From an uncultured Acetatifactor sp. (GTDB taxonomy: Bacteria; Bacillota; Clostridia; Lachnospirales; Lachnospiraceae), in NCBI GenBank assembly GCA_910577035.1, contig CAJTKW010000005.1, forward strand, positions 1,958 to 65,957: a stretch of 64,000 bases of DNA, in the 5' to 3' direction. The notes under the pieces are model-generated. The model was not told the origin of the DNA. It saw only the letters and a list, made by a program, of their open reading frames with translations, and did no database searches. The translations under genes and the position numbers were made by a program. How positions within the stretch are numbered: the stretch's first letter is position 1; each line of letters opens with the position of its first letter. This document shows positions 27,302-37,686 of the stretch, piece after piece.

Positions 27302-30298
27302 ATGGGGAAGACTATGAAGGGTTCGAAGACGGTGGTAGGCATTCTGGCTCATGTGGATGCGGGAAAAACCACTCTTTCCGAGGGGCTGCTTTATACTGCG
27401 GGGGTGCTGCGGAAATTGGGCAGGGTGGATCATGGAGATGCTTATCTGGATCATTTCGCGCTGGAGAGGGAGCGGGGGATTACCATATTTTCCAAACAGG
27501 CAAACCTCTCCTGGAAGGGGCTGGATCTGGTGCTTCTGGATACTCCGGGACATGCAGATTTTTCTGCCGAGACGGAGCGGACCCTGCAGGTGTTGGATTA
27601 CTGTCTGCTGGTGGTCAGCGGTGCGGACGGCATCCAGGGACATACGGAAACCCTGTGGAAGCTGTTAAAGCGATACGGGATTCCTGTTTTTCTGTTTATC
27701 AATAAGATGGACCAGCCGGGGACGGACAGGCAGGCACTGATGAAGGAAATTCAGGGCAGGCTGGGGAGCGAGTGCATAGAGTTTGGCAGTCCCGGGGAAG
27801 GTGCAGCCCAGCGGGGGAGGGAAGGTCCCGCCGGGCGGGAGAACCCCGGGGGGAGAGGAGAGCCCGCCCCGCAGGAGAATCCTGCCGGCTGGGAAGACCT
27901 TGCCCTGGGGAGCGAGGAACTGATGGAGGAGTATCTGGAGACGGGGCGGATGACGGACGAATCCATTGCCCGGGCAGTAGCCGGGAGGCAGGTATTTCCC
28001 TGTTATTTCGGGTCTGCCCTGCGCCTGGAGGGAGTGGAAGAGCTTCTGGAAGGCCTGCATCGTTTTATCTTGAGAAAGGAGTATCCGGAGGATTTCGGGG
28101 CCAGAGTTTATAAAATATCCAGGGACTCTGCAGGGAATCGGCTGACCCATTTGAAGGTGACCGGGGGAGTGCTCCGGGTAAAAATGCCGGTCAGCCATTG
28201 CGCCCACGGAGCGATAGGGGATGAGGACTGGGAGGAAAAGGCGGATACCTTAAGGATTTACGGCGGCGGAGGGTTTGAGGCCGTTGACCGGGTGGAGGCA
28301 GGAGGCATCTGTGCGGTGACGGGTTTTGGCCGCACCGCTGCGGGACAGGGATTGGGGTATGAAGGCGCCAGTGAGCAGCCGGTACTGGTGCCGGTTCTGA
28401 ACTACCGGCTGGTGCTGCCTCCCGGGACGGATATGGTGAAGACCCTGGGACAGATGCGGAGTCTGGAAGAAGAGATTCCGGAGCTGAATGTGGTCTGGCG
28501 GGAGGCTGCACAGGAGATTTCGCTCCAGGTCATGGGGGAGGTACAGACGGAGGTGCTAAAACGCCTGATTGCGGACCGTTTCGGGATAGAGGCGGAATTT
28601 GACAGCGGGCGGCTGCTGTACCGGGAGACCATTGCAACTACGGCGGAAGGAATCGGACATTTTGAGCCCCTGCGGCATTATGCCGAGGTGCATCTGCTGC
28701 TGGAGCCCGGAGAGCCGGGGAGCGGCCTGGAGTTTGCCGTCAGCTGCAGCGAGGATGAACTGGACAGGAACTGGCAGCGGCTGATTCTCACTCATTTGGA
28801 AGAAAAGACACATCTCGGGGTGCTGACCGGTTCACCTGTGACGGATATGAAGGTTACCCTGCTGACGGGAAGAGCACACCTGAAACATACGGAGGGCGGG
28901 GACTTCAGGCAGGCTACCTACAGGGCTCTGCGGCAGGGGCTGATGCAGTGTGAAAGTGTCCTGCTGGAGCCGGTATATTCCTATACGCTGGAAGTGCCCT
29001 TGGAGCAGGTGGGACGTGCCATGTCCGATCTTCAGCGGATGTGGGGCAGTTTTGGGCCTCCCGTGACGGAAGGGGAGACCGCCGTTCTCACCGGGAGTGC
29101 CCCGGTATCCACTATGAGGGATTACCAGAGGGAGGTCCTTGCCTACACAAAGGGGCGGGGCAGGCTGAGCCTTGTATGGAAGGGATACGAGCCCTGCCAC
29201 AATCCGGAAGAGGTAATCCGGGAGATCGGTTATGACCCGGAGGCAGATACGGAGAATCCCTCCGCTTCCGTGTTTTGCGCCCATGGGGCCGGCTTTCTGG
29301 TGGGCTGGCAGGAAGTGCCTGCATATGCTCATGTGGAGAGCGGATGGAAGCCGGGCGGCGGGGATGGCGCTGAGGCCTTGGCGGAAGTAAGTCCGGACAT
29401 GGAAAATTCCATCGGAAGCGGCGGAGGGTCCCACGGGCAAGGACAGCCCGGGCAGGGGCGGTACGGCCAGGAGCAGGCCGGGCAGAGACGTTCCGGTCAG
29501 GGCAGCCGCCCTGGAGTCAGCCAGACAGGGCAGGGACGGTCAGATTATATCACTCAGGAGGAGATTGAAGAAATCTTTCAGCGTACCTATGGAAAAAGTG
29601 TACAATCCTATGAGCCCTATCGGTATCATCGGCAGAACACCGGGGGAAACAGGGAAAGCGGCGGGGAATCCGGCAGTTCCGCGAATCAAAGCGGAGGCAG
29701 CGAAAAATATCAAACGGGCAGGGAGCCGGCGGAAAAGGCGGCGGAGCGCCTTCCGGAAGTGCTTCTTGTGGACGGTTACAATATCATTTTTGCCTGGGAG
29801 GAGCTGCGGAGCCTGGCGGAGGTGAATATTCAAAGCGCCAGAGACAAGCTTATGGACATATGCTGTAATTATCAGGGGTATTGTGGTGCCATCCTGATTC
29901 TGGTTTATGATGCTTACAGGGTAAAGGGGAATCCGGGTTCCGTACAGAAGTACCATAACATTTATGTGGTGTACACCAAAGAGGCGGAGACCGCCGATCA
30001 GTATATCGAAAAGACCGTTCATGAGATCGGCAGAAAGCGCCGGGTGACGGTAGCCACCTCGGACGCTCTGGAGCAGATGATTATCTTAGGGGACGGGGCT
30101 GTGAGAATGTCGGCCCGGGGGTTTTATGAGGCGGTGGAGGATGCAGGCCGGCGCATGCGGGAGGAATACCCGCAGGGCGGCGCGCTTTCCCATAGAATCT
30201 CCCTGCCTGAAAAACCACAGCAGGACGTGCGGCTGCCGGTTGTGGCTGTCAATAGCGAAACAGGGGAAGAATATAATGGCAAAGGTATTGGTATTTGA
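27302..30298 (+). CDS. EF-G/TetM-like translational GTPase fused to a C-terminal NYN (YacP/Rae1-like) RNase domain
   Basis: AHVDAGKTT, ERERGITI, DTPGH, NKMD; domain V LLEPVY; C-terminal LLVDGYN, VYDAY, ETADQYIE, VATSD. Confidence 0.9.
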   Translation: MGKTMKGSKTVVGILAHVDAGKTTLSEGLLYTAGVLRKLGRVDHGDAYLDHFALERERGITIFSKQANLSWKGLDLVLLDTPGHADFSAETERTLQVLDYCLLVVSGADGIQGHTETLWKLLKRYGIPVFLFINKMDQPGTDRQALMKEIQGRLGSECIEFGSPGEGAAQRGREGPAGRENPGGRGEPAPQENPAGWEDLALGSEELMEEYLETGRMTDESIARAVAGRQVFPCYFGSALRLEGVEELLEGLHRFILRKEYPEDFGARVYKISRDSAGNRLTHLKVTGGVLRVKMPVSHCAHGAIGDEDWEEKADTLRIYGGGGFEAVDRVEAGGICAVTGFGRTAAGQGLGYEGASEQPVLVPVLNYRLVLPPGTDMVKTLGQMRSLEEEIPELNVVWREAAQEISLQVMGEVQTEVLKRLIADRFGIEAEFDSGRLLYRETIATTAEGIGHFEPLRHYAEVHLLLEPGEPGSGLEFAVSCSEDELDRNWQRLILTHLEEKTHLGVLTGSPVTDMKVTLLTGRAHLKHTEGGDFRQATYRALRQGLMQCESVLLEPVYSYTLEVPLEQVGRAMSDLQRMWGSFGPPVTEGETAVLTGSAPVSTMRDYQREVLAYTKGRGRLSLVWKGYEPCHNPEEVIREIGYDPEADTENPSASVFCAHGAGFLVGWQEVPAYAHVESGWKPGGGDGAEALAEVSPDMENSIGSGGGSHGQGQPGQGRYGQEQAGQRRSGQGSRPGVSQTGQGRSDYITQEEIEEIFQRTYGKSVQSYEPYRYHRQNTGGNRESGGESGSSANQSGGSEKYQTGREPAEKAAERLPEVLLVDGYNIIFAWEELRSLAEVNIQSARDKLMDICCNYQGYCGAILILVYDAYRVKGNPGSVQKYHNIYVVYTKEAETADQYIEKTVHEIGRKRRVTVATSDALEQMIILGDGAVRMSARGFYEAVEDAGRRMREEYPQGGALSHRISLPEKPQQDVRLPVVAVNSETGEEYNGKGIGI

Positions 30299-30968
30299 TC
30301 TGGGCGGCACGTTAATGCAATACGTGGGAATGCCGTATTCCTGGGTAAGCTTCTATCACCAGGGCGTAAGGGAGATCAGCCGAAGATACGGATGCAGTGT
30401 CTCGGAGGAGGCAATGGGGAAAACCGTGCAGATGCTGGAAGATTTTAATCCCAGAGTACATTACAGGGAAATAGAGTACTCTGCGGAATATATTTTTGCC
30501 AGGGCACTGGAACATTGGCACCTGGAGGTGCCGGTCAAAGACTGTGTGGAAGCCTTTTGGAGCGGCCTGGGGCTGAAAGCGGAGATTTATCCGGATACGA
30601 TCCCGGTATTAAGCAGTCTGAGAAAGCGGGGGTATCGGATTGCGGCGCTGACGGATCTGCCCAGCGCCATGCCGGATGAGATATTTAAGAGGGATATTTC
30701 TGCATTGCCGGATTATTTGGATGAGTATGTCTCGTCTGCCGTTTGCGGATATAGAAAGCCGAATTGCAAAGGTCTGCAGATGATTGCGGAAAAATTTGAA
30801 GTCCCGGCTGCGGAGCTGGTTTTTATCGGGGATGAAGAAAAGGACAGACAGACGGCCCGGAATGCCGGCTGCCGATTCATACCCATCAGGCGGACGGGGG
30901 CTGCCGGGGAGGACATAAGGGATTTATATGGTTTGGAGTCTCGATATTTTCCGGAGATTATGTTATAA
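30276..30968 (+). CDS. HAD family hydrolase
   Basis: VFDLGGTL, RKP and FIGDEEKD motifs; overlaps the upstream gene by 23 bp. Confidence 0.85.
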   Translation: MAKVLVFDLGGTLMQYVGMPYSWVSFYHQGVREISRRYGCSVSEEAMGKTVQMLEDFNPRVHYREIEYSAEYIFARALEHWHLEVPVKDCVEAFWSGLGLKAEIYPDTIPVLSSLRKRGYRIAALTDLPSAMPDEIFKRDISALPDYLDEYVSSAVCGYRKPNCKGLQMIAEKFEVPAAELVFIGDEEKDRQTARNAGCRFIPIRRTGAAGEDIRDLYGLESRYFPEIML

Positions 30969-31078
30969 TGTCCGTGACCGCTATGGGTGTGGGGAAACAA
31001 AAAGATATTTTATGACGGTTACAAATTATGGGGAGAAGAGGGTGCAGGGCCCGTGTGCATCCTGATATGGAGGGTGGT

Positions 31079-34000
31079 ATGAATACAAGTAGGATTCCGT
31101 TTTACAACAACTGGACTTTTCTGCGGACAGATCTGCATGTTACGATGGGGGAGATTGAGAATCAGAAGACAAGGTTTGTCCCTGTGGAGCTGCCCCATGA
31201 CTGGCTGATTTATGACGCAAAGAATCTGTATCAGGACGGCTGCGGCTGGTATCGCAAGGAATTTGAGCTGGTGACCGGTGAGATAGAGGATCTGGGCGGG
31301 GAGCTGGGGCCGGATACTGCGGCCGGGACGGCGGCCGGCCCGGAATCGGAACGGATTTTCGCCCGGATACACAGGGAGGAAACGGTGATTCTGCGTTTTG
31401 ACGGGGTATACATGGACTCCACGGTGTATGTCAACGGTACGAAGATAGGGGACTGGAAGTATGGTTATTCTGCCTTTGATATGGATATAACCTCTGCGCT
31501 GGTGCCCGGAAAGAATCTGCTGACGGTACAGGTGCGCTATCAGTCTCCCAACAGCAGGTGGTATTCGGGAGCCGGCATTTATCGGAAGGTGTGGCTGAAA
31601 GTCTGCCCTGCCGTTTATCTGCCGTTGGACGGAACTTATGTGACGACGAGGAAGGTTGACGGCGGTTTTGAGCTGGAGGCGGAGACGGAAGTGGCGGGGA
31701 AGCTGGATTTAAATGTGGCCTGCCGTTATCGTCTGTGGCAGGGGGAAGACCTGGTGCAGGAGCTTGGGCAGGTGCCGTGTGCCGCAAGCGCTGCTGAAAC
31801 GGCGGGGAAGTCCACTCTGCGGGCGTTTGTCCGGGAGCCCGGGCTGTGGGATATAGACAATCCCCAATGCTACCGCCTGACGGTAGACCTCTGTCTGCAG
31901 GGCAGGGAGACCGTGATAGACAGCCAGAACATAACGATAGGGTTCCGCACCTTGGAATTTACCACGGACAGGGGCCTGTTCTTAAACGGAAGGCATGTGA
32001 AAATACACGGGGTCTGTGAGCATCATGATCTGGGCTGCCTGGGGGCGGCGTTCCATGTGCCTGCCATGGAACGAAAAATCCGGATGCTGCAGAAGATGGG
32101 AGTCAATGCCATTCGTACCAGCCACAACATGCCTGCACCGGAGCTGATGGAGCTGGCCGACAGAATGGGCGTGCTCATTTTAAGCGAAGCCTTTGATATG
32201 TGGGAGCTGCCCAAGACAAAATATGATTATGGCAGGTTTTTTAAGGAATGGTGTGAGAAAGATGTGCGCAGCTGGGTGCGTCGTGACAGGAATCACCCCA
32301 GCCTTCTGCTCTGGTCCATTGGAAATGAGATTTATGATACCCATGCGGACGAGCATGGGCAGGACATCACCCGGAGACTGATGCAGGCTGTGAGGGAGCA
32401 TGATCCGAAGGAGAATGCCCTGATTACCATCGGATCCAATTACATGCCCTGGGAGAATGCCAGGAAGTGTGCGGATATTGTCAAGGTAGCCGGCTATAAT
32501 TACGGGGAAAAATGTTATGCAGGCCATCATGCAGAGCATCCCGACTGGATCATGTATGGCAGTGAGACTGCCTCCGTAGTGCAGAGCCGGGGGATTTACC
32601 ATTTCCCTCTGAAACAGGACATATTGTCCGATGAAGACGAGCAGTGTTCCTCACTGGGGAATTCCAATACCAGCTGGGGAGCCAGAAGCTGGGAGAGCTG
32701 TATCACAGATGACCGGGATCCGGAATATATCTGGGGACAGTTTATCTGGACAGGCTTTGACTATATCGGAGAACCGACCCCTTACCATACTAAGAATTCC
32801 TATTTCGGACAGATTGACACGGCAGGCTTTCCCAAGGATTCTTACTATGTCTTCCAGGCGGAGTGGACGGACGGGGAAAAAGCTCCCATGGTGCATCTGT
32901 TCCCTTATTGGGACTTCAACCCGGGACAGATGATTGACCTGCGGGCATGTACCAACGCACCGGAAGTGGAGCTGTTTGTAAACGGTGTATCTCAGGGGAG
33001 AAGAACCATTGACCATGTCCGCGGGCTTAAGCTGATTGCCGACTGGCAGGTACCCTATGAACCCGGCAACATCACGGCGGTGGCATATGATATAAACGGC
33101 AGGGAAGTGGCGAGGGACAGCCATGTTTCCTTTGGGGACAGTAAAAGAATCCTGCTGTCGGCAGACAGGCAGGAGCTGAAGGCGGACTGTGAGGATATGT
33201 GCTTTGTCACGGTATCGGTGGCGGATGAAAACGGCAATCCCGTGGAGAATGCGGCGGATTATGTGAAGGCCGAGCTTACCGGACCCGGCCGGATCCTGGG
33301 GCTGGACAACGGCGACAGCACGGATTATGACGACTATAAATCCACGGTGAGAAAGCTGTTTTCCGGCAAGCTGCTGATCGTGGTGGGAAGCACGGCAGAG
33401 GCGGGGGAGCTTGTGCTGACGGTCAGCGGAAGGGGCCTGGAGACAGGAACGCTTAACCTGACTGCGGTAAAGCCCGGGGGGAGTGCGGTACTTAAGCCCT
33501 TTCTGGAGGACTGCAGCCGGCGGGGCGGGGCCGAATTCCCGTCCAGAGTCCCCGCCAGAAAGCTGGAGCTTCGTTCCGAAGGCAGTCATGTGCTGTCTCC
33601 TGAGCGGCGGGAAATCACGGTGGAGGCTATGCTTTACCCGGCGGATACCACGGACAGGACATTGGTCTGGAAGGCAGTGAACCCGGGCGGCATAGAGCTT
33701 CACAGCGTGGAAATCCAGGAATATACCGATGCCCGGGGCAGAAACCTGGCCAGGGTAAGGGCACTGGGGGACGGAGTGTTTTATGTGCGCTGCATGGTGA
33801 AGCATGGGAACCGGGCGGCCCTTATATCCCAGCTGGAGTATCGGGCGGAAGGCCTGGGGCAGGCAAGCTTAAATCCCTATGAATTTGTGTCTGCGGGGTT
33901 GTACACGAAAGGAATCGGGGAGATAGGCAGCGGAAACGAGAAGGGGATTGCCACGGCCCGGGATGGGGCCAGCGGTGTGGTATTTTCCGGTGTGGATTTT

Positions 34001-34624
34001 GGAGAATATGGTTCCGATGAGATTACGCTGTCTGTATTCTCCCTCTCGGGAGATCCGGTGGCCATGGATATTTGGACAGGTGTTCCCTGCGAGGCGGGAA
34101 GCAGGCTGATTGATACGGTAGTTTATCAGAAGCCGTCCATATGGAATGTTTACCAGGAGGAGACCTACCGTCTGCCGGAGCGGATCCGGGGTGTGACGGA
34201 TATTGGCTTTATGCTGCATGAAAAGGTGCATGTTAAGGGGTTTGTCTTTAAAAAGAAGGAGAAGGCTTTCGGGAGGCTTTACGGCGGCGAGGCCAATGCC
34301 GTCTATGGCGACAGCTTCACCCGTGACGGGAATATTGTGGGAGGTATTGGCAATAATGTGGTAATCGTGTATGAAAATATGGACTTTGGCCGGCCGGGCG
34401 CGGACAGGGTGATGATCTGCGGACGGACTCCCCTGCCTGCCAATACCATCCATATTCATTTTACGGAGGAATCGGGTGAAACGGTGAACCGTATTGTGGA
34501 ATTCAGAGGTGACGGCGGTAAGGAACAGATCTTCCCCATTGAGCGGCTTCAGGGAAAAGGTAAGATCGAGCTGGTATTTCTGCCCGGAAGCAATTTTGAT
34601 CTGGAGGCCATACAGTTTATCTGA
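31079..34624 (+). CDS. Glycoside hydrolase family 2 (beta-galactosidase-like)
   Basis: LPHDW, FDGVY, SRWYSGAGIYR, HGVCEHHD, IRTSHN, WSIGNE and WTGFDYIGEP motifs. Confidence 0.93.
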   Translation: MNTSRIPFYNNWTFLRTDLHVTMGEIENQKTRFVPVELPHDWLIYDAKNLYQDGCGWYRKEFELVTGEIEDLGGELGPDTAAGTAAGPESERIFARIHREETVILRFDGVYMDSTVYVNGTKIGDWKYGYSAFDMDITSALVPGKNLLTVQVRYQSPNSRWYSGAGIYRKVWLKVCPAVYLPLDGTYVTTRKVDGGFELEAETEVAGKLDLNVACRYRLWQGEDLVQELGQVPCAASAAETAGKSTLRAFVREPGLWDIDNPQCYRLTVDLCLQGRETVIDSQNITIGFRTLEFTTDRGLFLNGRHVKIHGVCEHHDLGCLGAAFHVPAMERKIRMLQKMGVNAIRTSHNMPAPELMELADRMGVLILSEAFDMWELPKTKYDYGRFFKEWCEKDVRSWVRRDRNHPSLLLWSIGNEIYDTHADEHGQDITRRLMQAVREHDPKENALITIGSNYMPWENARKCADIVKVAGYNYGEKCYAGHHAEHPDWIMYGSETASVVQSRGIYHFPLKQDILSDEDEQCSSLGNSNTSWGARSWESCITDDRDPEYIWGQFIWTGFDYIGEPTPYHTKNSYFGQIDTAGFPKDSYYVFQAEWTDGEKAPMVHLFPYWDFNPGQMIDLRACTNAPEVELFVNGVSQGRRTIDHVRGLKLIADWQVPYEPGNITAVAYDINGREVARDSHVSFGDSKRILLSADRQELKADCEDMCFVTVSVADENGNPVENAADYVKAELTGPGRILGLDNGDSTDYDDYKSTVRKLFSGKLLIVVGSTAEAGELVLTVSGRGLETGTLNLTAVKPGGSAVLKPFLEDCSRRGGAEFPSRVPARKLELRSEGSHVLSPERREITVEAMLYPADTTDRTLVWKAVNPGGIELHSVEIQEYTDARGRNLARVRALGDGVFYVRCMVKHGNRAALISQLEYRAEGLGQASLNPYEFVSAGLYTKGIGEIGSGNEKGIATARDGASGVVFSGVDFGEYGSDEITLSVFSLSGDPVAMDIWTGVPCEAGSRLIDTVVYQKPSIWNVYQEETYRLPERIRGVTDIGFMLHEKVHVKGFVFKKKEKAFGRLYGGEANAVYGDSFTRDGNIVGGIGNNVVIVYENMDFGRPGADRVMICGRTPLPANTIHIHFTEESGETVNRIVEFRGDGGKEQIFPIERLQGKGKIELVFLPGSNFDLEAIQFI

Positions 34625-34653
34625 AGAATAATAAATATAACGGAGAAGAATAT

Positions 34654-35628
34654 ATGCTGCATTTCAGGATACCTGATACTTATGATTCGCTGTTGGCGCT
34701 GGTGGGCATTTTGTTTGCATTCGGCATCACAGTGTTTATTACCAATAAACTGCAGGGAATTCTGCCTAAGGATGCGGGGCGGGAGTATGCCCATGACGGG
34801 AAGCTTTCTGCGGGAAAGCCCAGAGGCGCGGGGATTGTATTTGTGCTCTGCTTTGTGGCGGCGGCCCTGCTGTTTGCGCCCCTGAAGGCGGAAATCATCA
34901 TTTATCTGATCTTGATGGCCGTCTGTATGATAACCGGCTTTCTGGACGATGCTTCCAAAATGCCCTGGGGAGAGTACAAAAAAGGCTTTCTGGATCTGTG
35001 TGTGGCGGCGCTGGTGGCCATGACCTATTTGAAATATAATTCCAATACCATAGAGCTGGCGCTGTTTCATGTAGAGCTGACGATCCCGCCGGTACTGTTT
35101 GCTGTCTTGATTGTCATACTGGTGTGGGTATCCGTGAATGTCACCAACTGTGCGGACGGCGTGGACGGACTTTCGGGGACCCTGACCATTATCTCCGTGA
35201 TGACGTTGTATATGGTGGACGGGATACTGGGAAGGGGAGGAGACTTTTCTTTTTTGATTTTGCTGTTTTCGGCGTGTATCCTGGGGTATCTCTGGTATAA
35301 CGCCACTCCCAGCAGGCTGCTGATGGGGGATGCAGGCTCCCGTTCCATGGGGCTTTTTATCAGTATAGCGGCACTTAAGACCGGCTGTCCCGCACTGTAC
35401 ATTCCCATTGCACTGGTGCTGATTCTGGACGGAGGGCTGGGACTGGTGAAGGTGGCGCTGCTGCGTTTTATGAAAATACGGATTTTAAAAAATACCAGGA
35501 CGCCTCTGCACGATCATGTCAGAAAGGCCTGGGGCTGGTCAAATACCCAGACAGTGTTTCGGTTTGCCATTATCCAGATCATTCTGTCGGCGGCAGTGAT
35601 CTGTGGGTTACAGCAGGGAATGCCTTGA
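34654..35628 (+). CDS. mraY: Phospho-N-acetylmuramoyl-pentapeptide transferase (MraY-like)
   Basis: GFLDD, NVTNCADGVDGL, MGDAGS and TPLHDH..GWS motifs; polytopic. Confidence 0.8.
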   Translation: MLHFRIPDTYDSLLALVGILFAFGITVFITNKLQGILPKDAGREYAHDGKLSAGKPRGAGIVFVLCFVAAALLFAPLKAEIIIYLILMAVCMITGFLDDASKMPWGEYKKGFLDLCVAALVAMTYLKYNSNTIELALFHVELTIPPVLFAVLIVILVWVSVNVTNCADGVDGLSGTLTIISVMTLYMVDGILGRGGDFSFLILLFSACILGYLWYNATPSRLLMGDAGSRSMGLFISIAALKTGCPALYIPIALVLILDGGLGLVKVALLRFMKIRILKNTRTPLHDHVRKAWGWSNTQTVFRFAIIQIILSAAVICGLQQGMP

Positions 35629-35667
35629 CGGGCCAAAAGAAAGGGAGCGGAAGGAGAGAGTTGGAGA

Positions 35668-36171
35668 ATGTACGATGAACTGACGGCCGGGGATATAAAG
35701 AAAATGGAAGAGGAGATTGAGTACCGCAGGCTGGTGGTGCGTCCCAAGGCATTGGAGGATGTAAAGGAAGCCAGGGCCCATGGGGATCTCAGTGAAAATT
35801 TTGAGTATCACGCGGCCAAAAAGGTGAAAAATCAGAATGAGAGCCGTATTCGTTATCTGGAGAGGATGATCAGGACGGCTAAAGTGATTTCCGAGGACTC
35901 GGCGGAGGACGAGGTGGGCATGAATAACACGGTGACTGTGGAATTTACGGACGACGGGACGGTGGAGACCTACCGCATCGTTACTACCGTCCGGGGCAAC
36001 TCACTGGAGAACCTAATCAGCAATAAGAGCCCTCTGGGGGAAGCGCTGCTGGGGAAGAAGGTGGGTGACCTTGCCCATGTAAAGGTGAACGATACGGTGA
36101 GCTATGACGTTAAAATTCTTAAAATAGAAAATACGGTTGACGACGGAAGCGATAAGCTTCGCAGTTATTAA
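35668..36171 (+). CDS. greA: Transcription elongation factor GreA family
   Basis: ARAHGDLSENFEYHAAK and SPLGEALLGK motifs. Confidence 0.93.
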   Translation: MYDELTAGDIKKMEEEIEYRRLVVRPKALEDVKEARAHGDLSENFEYHAAKKVKNQNESRIRYLERMIRTAKVISEDSAEDEVGMNNTVTVEFTDDGTVETYRIVTTVRGNSLENLISNKSPLGEALLGKKVGDLAHVKVNDTVSYDVKILKIENTVDDGSDKLRSY

Positions 36172-36181
36172 GGAGGCTGGT

Positions 36182-37684
36182 GTGAAAAATTACTTACTGT
36201 TTGACCTGGACGGAACGTTGACGGATCCAAAGCTGGGAATCTGTACCTGTGTACAGTATGCGCTGGCTTCTTTCGGGATAGAGGAACCGGATATTGACAA
36301 ATTGACACCCTTCATCGGCCCTCCCTTAAAGGATAGTTTCATGGAGTTCTATCATATGGAGGAGGAGCAGGCAGAGAAGGCCGTGGCGAAATACAGGGAG
36401 CGTTTTCAGGATCAGGGGCTGTTTGAAAACAAGCTGTATGAGGGAATCCCCGAGATGCTGGAAGCTTTAAATTCCAGGGGAATGTTTCTGGCAGTGGCGT
36501 CCAGTAAGCCCACGGTATTTGTGGAGCGGATACTGGAGCATTTTCATATAAGGAAATATTTTAAGGTCATTGTAGGAAGTGAGCTGGACGGTACCAGGGT
36601 AAGCAAGGACGAGGTGGTGAAGGAGGCCCTGGAGCAGCTTTTTGGTGAGAAGCCTGTGGATAAAGGGAAGGTCTATATGATCGGAGACCGCAGATTTGAT
36701 GTGGAGGGAGCCAGGGCCATGGGAGTGGAAAGCGTGGGCGTGACTTACGGCTACGGAGATATGGAAGAGCTGCGGGAGGCCAAAGCGGATTATATCGTTC
36801 GTTCCGTAGAGGAGCTGCGGGAATTCCTGCTGCGGGGGACGGAGGATGCAAAGAAGGGGCTGACCTTCCGGGTGGTCTGGCAGATGCTCTACTCCTTCCT
36901 GATGTTTGTCCTGGTCAGGACGATTGCCATTTCGCTTACCATGAATGTATACCTCCTGATCTCCAAGCGTATGCCCGGTTTCCCGTTTGTTCTTCTGGAT
37001 GCGGAAGGAAATGCGCAGGCAGTCACCGGAAACGGTTCTGCCGTAGCACAGATCATCGGCTGCATCGCAGGGGCGGCAATCATATGGAAGACGGCAAGGG
37101 TCATGGTCCAAAAGGCGGAGAAGGAATCCCGGCTGTTACATATGAAAAGAGAACCGTTGCAGAACTACCTGATTCTGGGAGGGATTACGCTGGGAGCCAT
37201 GCTGGGGCTGAACATGCTGCTGGATCTGACGGGGGTAACGGACAATTCCGCCGCTTATCAGGCCATTGCAGAGCAGCAGTATTCCGCGGGCATCTGGCTG
37301 GCTATACCGCTCTATGCACTGGCGGCGCCTCTTGCGGAGGAGCTGTTGTTTCGGGGTATCATATATAATACGCTGCGGGGGGCCGTGGGGCGCCCGGTGA
37401 TTGCCATGTTGATGGCGGCGGTATTCTTTGGCGTTTATCATGGTAATTGGGTACAGGGAATTTACGGATTTCTCATGGCCTGCCTGCTTATATACGGTTA
37501 TGAGTATTTCGGGGATTTCAAAGTGCCGGTGATTCTGCACGCATCGGTGAATCTGATTTCGTATCTTCTAAGCAGTACTTCCCTTGCGGTATCCGGCTTT
37601 GTCTGCTGGCCGGTCTGCGTGGTCTGCCTGTGCCTGGCGGCAGCCGGGCTGTATTTCCTGAGCCGGCAGAGGAGGATATTTTAG
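36182..37684 (+). CDS. HAD phosphatase fused to a CPBP (CAAX/Abi) intramembrane protease
   Basis: N-terminal FDLDGTL, VASSK, IGDR..D; C-terminal APLAEELLFRG, FGVYH, LHASVN; AGGAGG RBS then GTG. Confidence 0.85.
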   Translation: MKNYLLFDLDGTLTDPKLGICTCVQYALASFGIEEPDIDKLTPFIGPPLKDSFMEFYHMEEEQAEKAVAKYRERFQDQGLFENKLYEGIPEMLEALNSRGMFLAVASSKPTVFVERILEHFHIRKYFKVIVGSELDGTRVSKDEVVKEALEQLFGEKPVDKGKVYMIGDRRFDVEGARAMGVESVGVTYGYGDMEELREAKADYIVRSVEELREFLLRGTEDAKKGLTFRVVWQMLYSFLMFVLVRTIAISLTMNVYLLISKRMPGFPFVLLDAEGNAQAVTGNGSAVAQIIGCIAGAAIIWKTARVMVQKAEKESRLLHMKREPLQNYLILGGITLGAMLGLNMLLDLTGVTDNSAAYQAIAEQQYSAGIWLAIPLYALAAPLAEELLFRGIIYNTLRGAVGRPVIAMLMAAVFFGVYHGNWVQGIYGFLMACLLIYGYEYFGDFKVPVILHASVNLISYLLSSTSLAVSGFVCWPVCVVCLCLAAAGLYFLSRQRRIF

Positions 37685-37686
37685 GC

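Noticed and set aside
27302..30298. Bona fide tet(M)/tet(O)/tet(W) resistance gene
   Set aside because: Much longer, lacks the YSPVST loop, carries a NYN domain and has no mobile context
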